Assembly: GCA_965203055.1 (NCBI GenBank)
Contig: OZ241863.1
Coordinates: 3,296,001 to 3,360,000 of the forward strand
From: Spirochaetia bacterium
GTDB lineage: Bacteria; Spirochaetota; Spirochaetia; SZUA-6; Bin103
DNA length: 64,000 nt
Direction: 5' to 3'
Part shown: positions 9,385 through 19,800 of the stretch, one piece after another
How the letters are laid out: the number at the start of each line of letters is the position of its first letter
How positions within the stretch are numbered: position 1 is the stretch's first letter
Notes under the pieces: generated by a model
The model's database searches: none
What the model saw: only the letters and a program-made list of their open reading frames with translations
What the model was told of the DNA's origin: nothing
Made by a program: the position numbers and the translations under genes

Positions 9385-10338
9385 ATGGCATCGACCCTGC
9401 ATCAGCCCCACGATCACCTGTTCCGCCTGGTGTTCGCCGACCCCGAGGAGACCTCCGCCTTCCTCCGCGCCCGGCTGCCGGACTCGTACCAGGGCGGCAT
9501 CCTCTGGTCCTCCCTGCGCCGCGCCGCAGGCTCCTTCGTCGACCAGGAGCTGCGCGGCTCCGTCACCGACCTGCTGTTCGAAGTGCGTAGCGCCGCCGCG
9601 GCGCCGCGGCAGTGGCTCTACCTGCTGTTCGAACATCAGTCCCAGCCCGACCGCTGGATCACGCTGCGCCTGCTGCGCTACTGCTGCCGCATCTGGGAGA
9701 ACGACCGCCGAGACCACCCCGACGAGCAGTACCTGCGCCCGGTGCTGCCGCTGGTGTTCTACCAGGGCGAGCACCACTGGCGCTACGCCATCGAACTGGC
9801 GGAGTCGTTCCCGCCGGCGCTGCGCGGCCAGCCGTGGGTACCCCACTTCTCCCCGCTGCTGCTGGACCAGACCCGGATGGCGCCGGCGGCGGTGGCCGGG
9901 GAACTGCACGGGCGGTTGCTGCAACTGGCGATGATGCACACCTTCGAGCAGGAGCTGGGGGAGGCGCGGAAGCGAATCGCGCCGCTGATAGGGGAGTTGA
10001 AGTGGAAGCCGACGCATGGCGGGGTGGATTACTACCAAGCGTTCCTGAAGTATATTGTGAAGACCGGGCCGGCGGACACGCTGGAAGCGCTGGGTGAGCT
10101 GCTGCGACGCTTGGCGCCGGAACTGAGAGGTGATCTGATGACCTGTGGCGAGATACTGCGCCGGGAAGGTGAATTGAAGGGCCGACAGGAAGGCCGGCTG
10201 GAGACCATCGACGGGCTCCTGCGGGCCGGGATCGGGTGGCCGGTGATCCAATCCGCGACCGGTATCGACGAGCCCACCTACCGCGCCCTCAAACGCGACG
10301 CCGCCAACGGCACGGAGCAGACCGCCCCCCGCCAATAA
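9385..10338 (+). CDS. Rpn/YhgA-like PD-(D/E)xK nuclease (recombination-promoting nuclease/putative transposase)
   Basis: HDHLFRLVF, SFVDQELR..TDLLFEV, YLLFEHQSQPD, PLVFYQG, and C-terminal EGRQEG repeats. ATG 9385 preferred over the 9232 ORF start. Confidence 0.92.
   Translation: MASTLHQPHDHLFRLVFADPEETSAFLRARLPDSYQGGILWSSLRRAAGSFVDQELRGSVTDLLFEVRSAAAAPRQWLYLLFEHQSQPDRWITLRLLRYCCRIWENDRRDHPDEQYLRPVLPLVFYQGEHHWRYAIELAESFPPALRGQPWVPHFSPLLLDQTRMAPAAVAGELHGRLLQLAMMHTFEQELGEARKRIAPLIGELKWKPTHGGVDYYQAFLKYIVKTGPADTLEALGELLRRLAPELRGDLMTCGEILRREGELKGRQEGRLETIDGLLRAGIGWPVIQSATGIDEPTYRALKRDAANGTEQTAPRQ
10138..10338 (+). CDS. Putative intragenic small protein (RpnS-like antitoxin), in frame with Rpn
   Basis: Strong SD GAGAGGTGA immediately precedes an internal in-frame ATG (10138) at the start of the variable C-terminal domain: MTCGEILRREGELKGRQEG... 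Confidence 0.55.
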   Translation: MTCGEILRREGELKGRQEGRLETIDGLLRAGIGWPVIQSATGIDEPTYRALKRDAANGTEQTAPRQ

Positions 10339-10885
10339 TCCGCGCCCCGCGATAGTCCCGCCGGGCCGGGCGCGTCCATCACGGCCAGCGCGCCGCGCCG
10401 CCCAAAAACGCCGCCGACACCGCGCCGTTGTAGGGTCAGAGAATGTGGCATCGCCCCCTGCATCAGCCCTACGATCACCTGTTCCGCTTGGTGTTCGCCG
10501 ACCCCGAGGAGACCGCCGCCTTCCTCCGCGCCCGCCTGCCGGACTCGTACCAGCGCGGCTTCCTCTGGTCCTCCCTGCGCTGAACTGGCGGAGTCGTTCC
10601 CCCCGGCGTTGCGCAGCCAGCCCTGGGTGCCGCGCTTCTCCCCGCTGCTGCTGGACCAGACCCGGATGGCGCCGGCGGCGGTGGCCGGGGAGCTGCACGG
10701 GCGGTTGCTGCAACTGGCGATGATGCACACCTTCGAGCAGGAGCTGGGGGAGGCGCGGGAGCGGATCGCGCCGCTGATGTGGGAGTTGCAGGGAGAGCCG
10801 GTGCGCGGCGGCGTGGACTACTACCAAGCGTTCCTGAAGTATATTGTGAAGACCGGGCCGGCGGACACGCTGGAAGCGCTGGGTG

Positions 10886-12574
10886 CAGGAAAATCCCATG
10901 CTACAGAGGCTGGTGGGAGCCGCGCCGACGCGGAGGCCGCAGTGGCCAGCGACAATCAAGATGAGAACCTAGCGGCTGCCTCCGGCGGAGGGGAATGGGA
11001 CAGCGGGTGGCGCACCTGAGGGCTTGGTCCGACCGTAGTCGCACAGTTGACCCAGACGGCGACCGGATGGGAGCGCGGGGCGGGCCGGGAGTGGTTCGAG
11101 GAGTGGGGGCGGAGCGCTCGAAGCGGGCTGCGCCAGCCTCAGCCGGGCGCCATGAGGGCCTTGATGGCTACCTTCGGGCGCCCGGTAAAGTAGCGTAGTG
11201 CCGACGCCAAGTTGGTCCACCGGCGGTAGCGCAGGATCAGTGCCAGCACCAGGTTGTTGCACACCGCGCGGTTGGCAGGCGCCGCGTGGCGCCGCGCCAG
11301 GCAGGCATCCTCAGCCAAGGTGCGGTCACGGCGATGGTGGTTCTTCGACTCGATCGCCCAGTGGCCGCGGTTCCAGGCCAGCAGTTGCTCCGCAGAGGCT
11401 TCGGAGGCCGGCACCGAAGTGATGCCGTAGGCGTAAGTAACGGTCTTCTCGCCGCTCTTGAGCACGTGGCGGTCGCGGCGCACCCGGAACACCTGCGCGA
11501 CGTGCGGGTAGTTGAGGGTGTTGGGCGGCAAGGTCATAACTTCGATGTGGCGCCGTTCGATGCGGCCATGGGCCTTCTCGGACGCTGTGGAGAAGCGCGC
11601 GGTAGCGTGTTCCCAGGGGATGCTGACGAGTGCCTCGTAGGTCTCGGAGGAGTTCTGCTTGACGGTCATCTGATAGTGGGCCTGGTGCTGTTCGACGATC
11701 TTGGTGGCGGTGTCGCGGGTGGTGTGGAGGGCATCGAGGGTGATCACCGCGCCGCCGATCGAGACCGTCTCGAGCAGGGCGCCGACGGCGGCCAACTCGC
11801 CATTCTCGTCGTGGAAGTTGAGACTGGCGAGCGGCACGCCGGTGCCGTGCTCGACCAGGGTGGCGGTCTCGTAGCGTAGCGAGCCGTGGCGATTGGCGCC
11901 GCGAATGCGCTTGCCGTCGGCCGCGATGGCGCGGCGTTGGCGCGGAGCTGGCGGTGGCAGGCGGGACTCGGAATAGCGCTGCAGGATGGCTTCGAGGTGC
12001 TCGGTATCGGCGTGCATGAGCACCCGGTGGATGGTGGACTTGGGGGGCGGATGGTAGCGCCCGGAGCGCCGATTGCGCCACGCGCCAATATCTTTGAGGT
12101 CCTTCTGCGTGAGCCTCTGAGCATACTCCGCCGCCGCGACCGGGCCGCGAAAGTTGCCCAGCGCAGCCAACAGGTAGACCGTCAGCACGGTCGCAATGGA
12201 GTGCTTGCGCCCCTGGCCGCGGCGGTAGTCGGGGAGGTCTTCGAGTTCGGCGTACAGACTGCGCTTGTCGACTGCGGCGTTATCGTCTGGGTGTTCGGGC
12301 CGTGCCCGCCAGCAGTCTGGCAGCTTGCCGGACTGGCTGAGGATGCGCCGGGCATCGCGCCGCAAGGGGCGCACGAAGAGACGCTTCGGGTGGCCGTGAG
12401 GGTCGGTGTAGTGGCCGTTGCTGCGCGCGTAGCCCTTGCTGTCGCCGACGTAGGTCCAGTTGCCGGCCTGATACAGGGTGCCGGAGAAGCGCTGCGGATC
12501 GACGAAGCTCTCCGCAACCAGCAGCGGATGGCCGTAGTGCTGCTGCCAATCGGAGCTAGCATGGGATCGCCTTG
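10886..12574 (-). mobile_element. ISAs1-family insertion sequence (apparently internally deleted)
   Basis: Imperfect 18-bp terminal IRs CAGGAAAATCCCATGCTA / CAAGGCGATCCCATGCTA (14/18). 9-bp TSD CGCTGGGTG at 10877-10885 and 12575-12583. Confidence 0.88.
11139..12556 (-). pseudogene. ISAs1 transposase with a partial DUF4338-like N-terminal domain, 5'-truncated
   Basis: ISAs1 motifs LPDYRRGQGRKH, IAADGKRIRG, ITLDALHT, EKAHGRIERR and RGHWAIE. The DUF4338-like segment DWQQHYGHPLLVAESFVDP starts right after the IR. Confidence 0.8.
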
Positions 12575-12939
12575 CGCTGGGTGAGCTGCTGCGGCGCTTG
12601 GCGCCGGAACTGAGAGGTGATCTGATGACCTGTGGCGAGATACTGCGCCGGGAAGGCGAGTTGAAGGGTCGGCAGGAAGGCCGGCTGGAGGGCCGGCTGA
12701 GGGCCGCCTGGAAGGGCGCCAGGAAGGTGAGTTGAAGGGCCGGCGTGAAGGCCGGCTGGAGACCATTGACGGGCTCCTGCGGGCCGGGATCAAGTGGCCG
12801 GTGATTCAATCCGCCACCGGCATCGACGAGCCCACCTACCGCGCCCTCAAACGCGACGCCGCCAACGGCACGGAGCAGACCGCGCCCCGCCAATAATCCC
12901 GGCGCAACGACGGCCACTGCGCGCGCGGTTCGATTGCGG

Positions 12940-13107
12940 CGTTACCCATCGCACCAGCACGTCGACGTCGCTCTCGGCCGCAGCCTGATCGCGGGCGAAG
13001 GAGCCGAACAGAGCAACGCCGGAGACGCCGAACCGCTCCTTGAGCGTCGCCTTGCTCGCGCGGAGCAACTCCAGAACCTGGTCTCGGTTCGTGGTGCCCT
13101 GCCTCAT
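12940..13107 (-). pseudogene. N-terminal part of an MNT-family nucleotidyltransferase
   Basis: NRDQVLELLRASKATLKERFGVSGVALFGSFARDQAAAESDVDVLV contains the GS..R and DxD motifs. The C-terminal half is missing. Confidence 0.75.
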
Positions 13108-13133
13108 CGTCGCCAACAATCCGAACCATCCTG

Positions 13134-13718
13134 CTACCGTATCAGTTCCTCTACCGTACGCCACATCTTGTCGAATGACGGTGCCCCTCGCCTCGCCTGA
13201 TCAAGATCGAACAAGGAACTGAACGCCGGTTGGTCACGAGTCTCTTGGTATGCTCGTCCGGCCGCCATGCGGCCGGCAAGCCATCCCTTCGCATTGCGGG
13301 TCGATTCCGGGTTGGCTGGCGCTGTCGTGTCGCTGCCTAGGTCCCGGTGCCCGGCCAACGAATCGGCGGCGGCCAGAAACCACGCCTCGTATTCTCTACA
13401 TGCCAGCACGACCCCAATGCGGCGATCGTTTCGAGCGGTCGTAGCGCGCCGGAGAATCTCCGGCGCCTTGTCGCAAGGAAGGTCGTCGTCGGCGTCGAGC
13501 ACTATCAGTATACCGCCGTTGGGACCGGATTGACGCGCGGCGAGATCGACGTACCGCTCCAGTACGTTCTCCTTGAGCAGGAGGTCGCGGTTCACCCTGA
13601 TCGGTTTCGGCACCCGCGGTACGGTGCCGGGAACGATGGCGTCAGCAATGCGGCGGATCAGGATCGGCACTGCCTGCACTTCTCCAACTCCCTCGACGAT
13701 CGCGATGATCACGGGCAT
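13134..13718 (-). CDS. DUF4276 family protein (TOPRIM-like)
   Basis: IVEGVGE, ILIVLDADDD, REYEAWFLA, SFDKM. Lies directly downstream of an ABC ATPase. Confidence 0.85.
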   Translation of the reverse strand: MPVIIAIVEGVGEVQAVPILIRRIADAIVPGTVPRVPKPIRVNRDLLLKENVLERYVDLAARQSGPNGGILIVLDADDDLPCDKAPEILRRATTARNDRRIGVVLACREYEAWFLAAADSLAGHRDLGSDTTAPANPESTRNAKGWLAGRMAAGRAYQETRDQPAFSSLFDLDQARRGAPSFDKMWRTVEELIR

Positions 13719-13721
13719 CGG

Positions 13722-14945
13722 TCAGTGCGTGGTGTCGGTCTGGAACAGGTCGAGGCGAAGCTGGGATGACTGGTCCGGGTCAGGGCGCAACTGATCGATC
13801 CGCAGCAGCTCGCCGGCGCGGAAGAGGTGATCGCGGAGCGACGAACGGCCCGCTTCGTCCAGGGGGCCAATTCTAGTTTCGGCATGCTCGGAGAGTACGG
13901 CGAGGATCGAGGTGTCGGGGATGGTGTCGTGGTCGAGCAGGTCGGCGCTGTGGCTGCTGACGATGACCTGCGCCGCTCGGCTGGCCTCGGTCAGACTGTC
14001 CATGAGCACGCTGGCGGCGGCCGGGTGCAGGGCGCTCTCCGGCTCTTCGATGCCGATCAGGGTTGCCCGCTCCCCGTTGCCGCTCGTCCCCTGGAACAGC
14101 GCGACGAGCACCCCGAGCGCGCGCAGCGTGCCGTCGGACATGTTGCTGGCCAGGAACCGCCACGGATGGTGAGCTCCGCGCACGTCCTGACGAAAGTCCA
14201 GGGTGAGTTTCGTCCCCATCGTGCGAGGCTCAACGCCCGTGACGCCGGGCGTGATGGCGGCCAGATATTCCTCGACCGCCGTCTTGCCGCGCCCTCCGAG
14301 GTTTGCGAGGACGCTCGCCAAGTTGCCTCCATCTCGCTTCAGCAGATCTCCAGGGTCGGGCGCCTGGAGATCGCGGATCGCTTCGGGGTTCAGATTGTAG
14401 AACCCCATCTCAGACAATGCATCGTAGACTGGCCGGAACGTGGTGAATCCCGACATGGCGACCAGATAGAGACGATCTCTTGCGCACGCCGGCGGATTGG
14501 GAATCGTGCTGTCAACTACTGTGCCGTCCTCGACCTTGTAACGGTCGTAGCCGGATGCGCCGGCGATGAAGCATTCCTCCTCTTGCACGCTGTAGCCACC
14601 GCGAGGTTGCGCGCCCACCCGGAACGCGTACCAGCCTTCGGCGCGGGGAAGCCGCAGGTCGAGCCGGATGCCGAAGTGGTTCGGGTGGCCGCCGGAACGT
14701 CTGCGCACTTCCTGAATGCCGCCCCGGTCGCGCAGCGCGTGGTCCAGTGAGAAGCGCAGCGCCTCGGCCACGAAGCGCAACGCATCCAGGAAGTTGCTCT
14801 TGCCGCTCCCGTTCGGGCCGACCAGGAAGGAGAGCGGCGCCGGCCGCACGTCGCACGCGGCAATGCTCTTGTAGTTCCGCAGGCGCACGCGGGTCACCAG
14901 CCGGGAGTCGGTGTCTCCAACGTGGCTCACGGGGAAATCAGCCAT
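13722..14945 (-). CDS. ABC/SMC-like AAA_21 ATPase
   Basis: LRNYKSI, GPNGSGKSN, signature MSDGTLR, IGIEEPESALHP, SSHS. Confidence 0.92.
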   Translation of the reverse strand: MADFPVSHVGDTDSRLVTRVRLRNYKSIAACDVRPAPLSFLVGPNGSGKSNFLDALRFVAEALRFSLDHALRDRGGIQEVRRRSGGHPNHFGIRLDLRLPRAEGWYAFRVGAQPRGGYSVQEEECFIAGASGYDRYKVEDGTVVDSTIPNPPACARDRLYLVAMSGFTTFRPVYDALSEMGFYNLNPEAIRDLQAPDPGDLLKRDGGNLASVLANLGGRGKTAVEEYLAAITPGVTGVEPRTMGTKLTLDFRQDVRGAHHPWRFLASNMSDGTLRALGVLVALFQGTSGNGERATLIGIEEPESALHPAAASVLMDSLTEASRAAQVIVSSHSADLLDHDTIPDTSILAVLSEHAETRIGPLDEAGRSSLRDHLFRAGELLRIDQLRPDPDQSSQLRLDLFQTDTTH

Positions 14946-16875
14946 CCAGTACCGCCTGTGGGGCCTCGTCCCGACGATCGCGGTTCCCGCCAGGGCCAGC
15001 CGGTGCGACCAGACCCATTTCCGTAAGAAACTGCGAGGGCGGTTTGCGGTATCCGTAATACTTACGGGCTCTGGTCAACGTGAGGGTATCGCTGGCGCGG
15101 GTGACCGCCACGAAACAGTTCCTGCGCTCCTCCTCGACCTCCTTGCTGAACATTCCCCGGCGCAGCGCCTGGAACGACGGCAGCACTTCCTGCGCCAAGC
15201 CGATCAGATAGACGTGCTTGAACTCCAGGCCCTTCGCGCGGTGCACGGTCATGCAGCGCACGGCATCCTTACCGGGCCGCGGTTCCTTCGACGCCAGATC
15301 GAGTTGCGGAAGATAGTCGTGCAGCGTGATGCCGCTGCCGTGCTCGCCCATGATCTCGTGGTGAAGCGTGCGCCACGTATCGACTTCCTCTTTGGTAACC
15401 GCGCCGTCGCCGTTGCCGCACCACTCCTTCCACCCCTGGTCGAGGAACGCTTCGATCACCGCCGGAAACGCAAGCGAATCGACCAGCTCAGAGCGAATCA
15501 CGCGCAGCGCGCCGGCGGCTCGCTGGTCGGCAACCGCCCCCGCAGCGTCGGCCCACGAACGCAGAAAGTCGCCGCCGACCAGCGCCGCCGCGGCCGCCAC
15601 CGTTTCCGGCTCCAGCGCGGTTCCGCTCAGCGCTTCCCATGCCAGGCACAGCCGGCGCAGGATCGTCCGGTCGTGGCGCGCGTTGGCCAGCCGCAGGGCA
15701 TGCAGGATCGTGCCTACCGCGGGAGACTCGAACTCCCTGGTCCTCTGCGGCAGGTGCGCGTCATAGCCGGCGCTGCGCAACGCGGCGGCGGCGCGCTCGA
15801 TGAGCTTCACCGTACGCCCGATGACGACGCATTCGGCGGCAAGCAACTCCCGCTCCGCCATGTCTTGCGCCACGAACGCGGTCTCTTGCTCAGGTGATTC
15901 GAATACCTTGCACCGCACCACGTCGCTGCGCTGCGCGCCGCCCGATTGAGCGCTGATCGGCTTCTTGCCGGAATCCCGCTCCATGTTATGCGCGATCAAC
16001 CGGTTCGCGAGCTCGACGATCGGCTGCGGGCAGCGGTAGCATTCCGGCAACTGCACGATCTTCGGCTGATATTCCCGGCGCAGCCGCCGGAGCCGTTCCG
16101 GGCTGGCGCCGTTCCACTGGAAGATGATCTGATCGTCGTCGGCGACCACGAACAGATTGCGCGGCGCCGGCGCAATGAGGCGCAGCAGTTCGTACTGCGC
16201 GTTGTTCGTGTCCTCAAACTCGTCGATGCAGACGTGCGACCAAGCGAGGCGCAGCCCGCGCGCAACGCCGGCCTGCTCCACGAGGAGCCGGCGGGCGAAG
16301 TGCAGCAGACTGCCGTAGTCCAGCCGGTTGGCGGCGACCAGAGAGTCGCAGTAACCCCGGTACAGACGCGGCAGCCAGGCGGGGGTATCTAGCAGGAACG
16401 GCGCCTGCCGGCCGCCGTCGTACGATTTGGCGAACAGCCGATCGATCAGGTGCACGAGGTTCTTTCGGTCGGCGGGCGGCGATTCCTCCTCCTCCGGCTC
16501 CTCCGGCAGTTGCGCGATCGTCTCCTCCAACACCGCGATGCGGTCCTCGTCCTGCACCAGCAGGCTGAAGTCGGGCCGCAGCCCCACGTGGCTGCCGTGT
16601 TGGCGCAGGAGATCGGCGGCGAACGCATGGATGGTGCACAGGCGCGCGCGGTCCGTCCGCCCGCCGAGCAGCGCATCGAGGCGCTCCCGCATCTCCGCAG
16701 CCGCCTTGTTGGTGAAGGTAAGCGCCAGCACCGAGGCGTGTTCGTCCGCTTCGATCACCCGCGCCACGCGCTGCGTCAGCACCGTAGTCTTGCCCGAACC
16801 CGGCCCCGCCAGCACCAGCAGCGGCCCGTCGTCCCAGCCCACGGCGGTCCGCTGGTTTTCGTTCAAGGTCTTCAC
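14938..16875 (-). CDS. UvrD/Rep-like SF1 helicase
   Basis: LNENQ, AGPGSGKT, LTFTNKAA, DEFEDTN, DDDQIIF, MTVHRAKGLEF, FVAVTRA. Probable GTG start at 16875 overlaps the res stop (GTGA). Confidence 0.9.
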   Translation of the reverse strand: MKTLNENQRTAVGWDDGPLLVLAGPGSGKTTVLTQRVARVIEADEHASVLALTFTNKAAAEMRERLDALLGGRTDRARLCTIHAFAADLLRQHGSHVGLRPDFSLLVQDEDRIAVLEETIAQLPEEPEEEESPPADRKNLVHLIDRLFAKSYDGGRQAPFLLDTPAWLPRLYRGYCDSLVAANRLDYGSLLHFARRLLVEQAGVARGLRLAWSHVCIDEFEDTNNAQYELLRLIAPAPRNLFVVADDDQIIFQWNGASPERLRRLRREYQPKIVQLPECYRCPQPIVELANRLIAHNMERDSGKKPISAQSGGAQRSDVVRCKVFESPEQETAFVAQDMAERELLAAECVVIGRTVKLIERAAAALRSAGYDAHLPQRTREFESPAVGTILHALRLANARHDRTILRRLCLAWEALSGTALEPETVAAAAALVGGDFLRSWADAAGAVADQRAAGALRVIRSELVDSLAFPAVIEAFLDQGWKEWCGNGDGAVTKEEVDTWRTLHHEIMGEHGSGITLHDYLPQLDLASKEPRPGKDAVRCMTVHRAKGLEFKHVYLIGLAQEVLPSFQALRRGMFSKEVEEERRNCFVAVTRASDTLTLTRARKYYGYRKPPSQFLTEMGLVAPAGPGGNRDRRDEAPQAVLDG

Positions 16876-19800
16876 TTGGCCGGCGGCGGCTCGCTGATTG
16901 CGGCGTCGAAGTCTTCCTGCAGGGTGTAGACGTCGGTGAGCTCGGCGAAGTCCCAGCGGCCGCAGGAGCGCAGTCCGTTCACTCCCGGCACCCAACAGGT
17001 CTTCATGGTCGCCTTCTTTTCCTTGGCGTCCTCGCGCCGGTAGCCCTTGATCTCGACCACCAGGTGGAGCGGGTCGTCCTCGCCGCGGCCGTCGTCCACC
17101 AGCACGATGAAGTCAGGGAGATAGGTGCGCGCCTCGGCGCCGCAGCGATAGGGCACTTCCAGGCCCAGGCCGTGGTTCTTGACGTAGGCGCGGACCCGCG
17201 GGTGCGATTCGACGAAGCGGCAGAACTCCGCCTCCCAGTCGCTGTCGCACACCACCCAGTTCACGTGGCAGCGGCGCGGATCGGTCTGCCAGCGGGTCTG
17301 CCTGGAGGTGGTGAAGTTGACGTGGATCGTCGAACCGGCCGGGTTGTACGGATCGAGCACGGCCGTGACGGGGCGCTCGCCGACGTGGCGCGCCACGATG
17401 CCGCGCGTGATGCGCAGGCAGGCGCGGTCCGCCAGTTCCCGGTAGATCAACTGGGCGGGGAAGGTGCCGCCCTTGCAGATCAGGTGATCGTGCAGCCACT
17501 GCCGCGTGATGCGCTTGAGCTGGCCGAACAGATGCAGCTTCGGCTCCTCGCCGGGATCGCGCCAATGTTGTTCCAGCAGCGTCTTGGTGAGATGGTACGT
17601 CACCGTCGACGGGCGCATCGCCTTGAGATGGTCCAGGCTGAGATCGACCCCCTCGCCGATGATCCCCTCGTTGCGGGTGATGGACGGTCCCACCAGCTCC
17701 GGCGTGAGCACCAGCGTCGAGTCTTCGGTGAACGCCGCGGCGACGTGCTCGTCCGGCAGTTCCACGCGGTAGCCCCGCACGTGCGGAAAGCGGAGCTCGC
17801 AGCCGTCCCGGTCCGGCGTGATCGCCCTGACGGTTACGGTGGCGCGCGCCTTCTGCGGTCTGGCGACCACCGGCTCGGCGGTGAAGTCGAACGGGATGCC
17901 GAGCACGTCGGCGTACTCGACGTCGAACCGCCCCTCCTCGTTCAGCTCGTAGGACTGCCGGCGCAGAGCGCGCCCGACCACCTGCTCGCACAGAAGCTGG
18001 GTGCCGAACGCGCGCACGCCCAGGACGTGGGTGACGGTGCGCGCGTCCCAACCCTCGGTGAGCATGGCGACCGAGACCACGCAGCGGGTCTCGCCCCCCA
18101 GCCGGCCCGCCATGCCGACCGTGTTCATCACCTCGCGCAGCAGGTCCTGGTCGGAGAGCGCCTCCGCCTGGCGGCGGTCGCCGGTGCGCTCGACGATCTC
18201 GCGCCGGAAGCGCGCGATCTCGTCGCCCGCGGCGGCCCGGAAGTCGGCGCCGAGCGCCTCCCCGGAATCGAGCTGCTCGCTGTCGATCAGCAGGGTGCGC
18301 GGCCGGGCGAGCTGATTGCCGTACTCGTCGAAGTTGCGGAACAGCGCCAGGCGCCCGTTCTCCAGCGTGGTGGAGCCGTCTTCGTTGCGGCGCTCGAAGC
18401 CGGCGATGTAGTCGTACACCAGCTTCGAGGTCGCGGTGTTGTTGCAGACCACGATGAAGCAGGGCGGCGCCTCGATGCCCGCCTCCCGCCACTGCTCGAA
18501 GGTCGCGGCGTAGTGACCGTAGAGCGCTTCGAGCGCGGTCTGCAGCTCCACGGGGATGTTCAAGGGATCGAGGCCGCCGGCCTTGCCGCGGCCCTTGCGC
18601 GGCATGCGCCGGCCGACGTGCGCCCACAGGTTGCGGAACTTGGGCACGTCGGCGCCGGGGATGTTGTCGGCCACCGGCACGCGCGGCAGCTTGACGATGC
18701 CGCACTCGATCGCGTCCATCAGCGAGAAGTCGCTCATCGTCCACGGGAACAGCGTCCCCTCGGCGTAGCCGGAACCGCGCAGGAAGAACGGCGTGGCCGA
18801 CAGGTCGATGACGCGGCTCAGGCCGAGCTTGCGCTGCACCGCCTCCAGGCCGGAGATCCAGACCCGCGCCGCTTCCTGGTTCTTCTCCGCCTCCCGCCGG
18901 TCCTCCCCCTTGAGGTCGCCTTCCTCGCTCTCCTCCCGGGGGCGCTCGCGGTAGCAGTGGTGCGCCTCGTCGTTGAACGCCAGCACCCGCTTCATGCCCA
19001 TGAGGTCGGGCATGACCCGCTGCAGCATCTGCCCCTCGGTCTCCTGCGTGCGCAGCTTCGGGCCGCGGCCCTGCAGCAGGGAGCGCCCGCCGCGCGAGAG
19101 CTCCTGCGTCTCGCGGCGCATGAAGGCGTGGTAGTTGGTGATGACGATCTTGGCCCGGTGCAGGTCGCCGAGCAGATCGCGCGGCACCAGCTCGCGGCTG
19201 CGGTAGTAGCTGTCCGGGTCGTTGGGCTGCAGCACGCGCAGCCGGTCGCGGATGGTCAGCCCCGGCGTGACCACCAGGAAGCCGCGCGTGAACCGGCGGC
19301 TGCCGGGATGGCGCACCGCGTTGATCGTCTGCCAGGCGATCAGCATGGCCATGACGGTCGTCTTGCCGGCGCCGGTGGCGAGCTTGAGCGCCAACCGGGC
19401 GAGGATCGGGTTGGCTTGCTCGTTCACCGTCTCCAGGTGGTCGAGGAACTGCCGTCCGCGCGCCCCGGCCGGCGCGGCCTCGGTCAGCCAGATCACCGTC
19501 TCCGCGGCTTCCACCTGACAGAAGAACGGCCGCAGGCCGCTGAACCGGTGATGCCGCCAGTGGTCCAGCAGGCGCGCGGTCTCGGGCGTGACCCGCCAGC
19601 GGGCGCGCGGCAGCCGCCGCCACTCGTCCACGGCGCGGCGCACGCTGTCGATGAGCGCCGACAGGTCGTATTGCTGGCCGTCGGCCTCCAACCCGGCCGC
19701 CGCGGTGTCGAACACGATCTCCCGCTGCCGGCCGCGCTGCTTGCGGACCGGCGGAATCGGCGTGATGAACGAGACGCGGCGGCGGCGGTCGGCGATGCGG

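Larger units (their letters stand above)
10445..12894 (+). pseudogene. Second Rpn copy: frameshifted, internally deleted and interrupted by an ISAs1
   Basis: Near-identical to copy 1, including the upstream region. +1 frameshift near the start, roughly 275-bp deletion at about 10580, IS inserted at 10886-12574. Sequence resumes at 12575 with expanded, frameshifted EGR repeats. Confidence 0.88.

Noticed and set aside
12300..12556. DUF4338 segment as a Druantia defence system
   Set aside because: It is a fragment fused to an ISAs1 transposase inside IS ends, and no other dru genes are present.
12575..12917. 5' part of the 592-aa ORF 11139-12917 as the transposase N-terminus
   Set aside because: It lies outside the IS and is the antisense of rpn copy 2.
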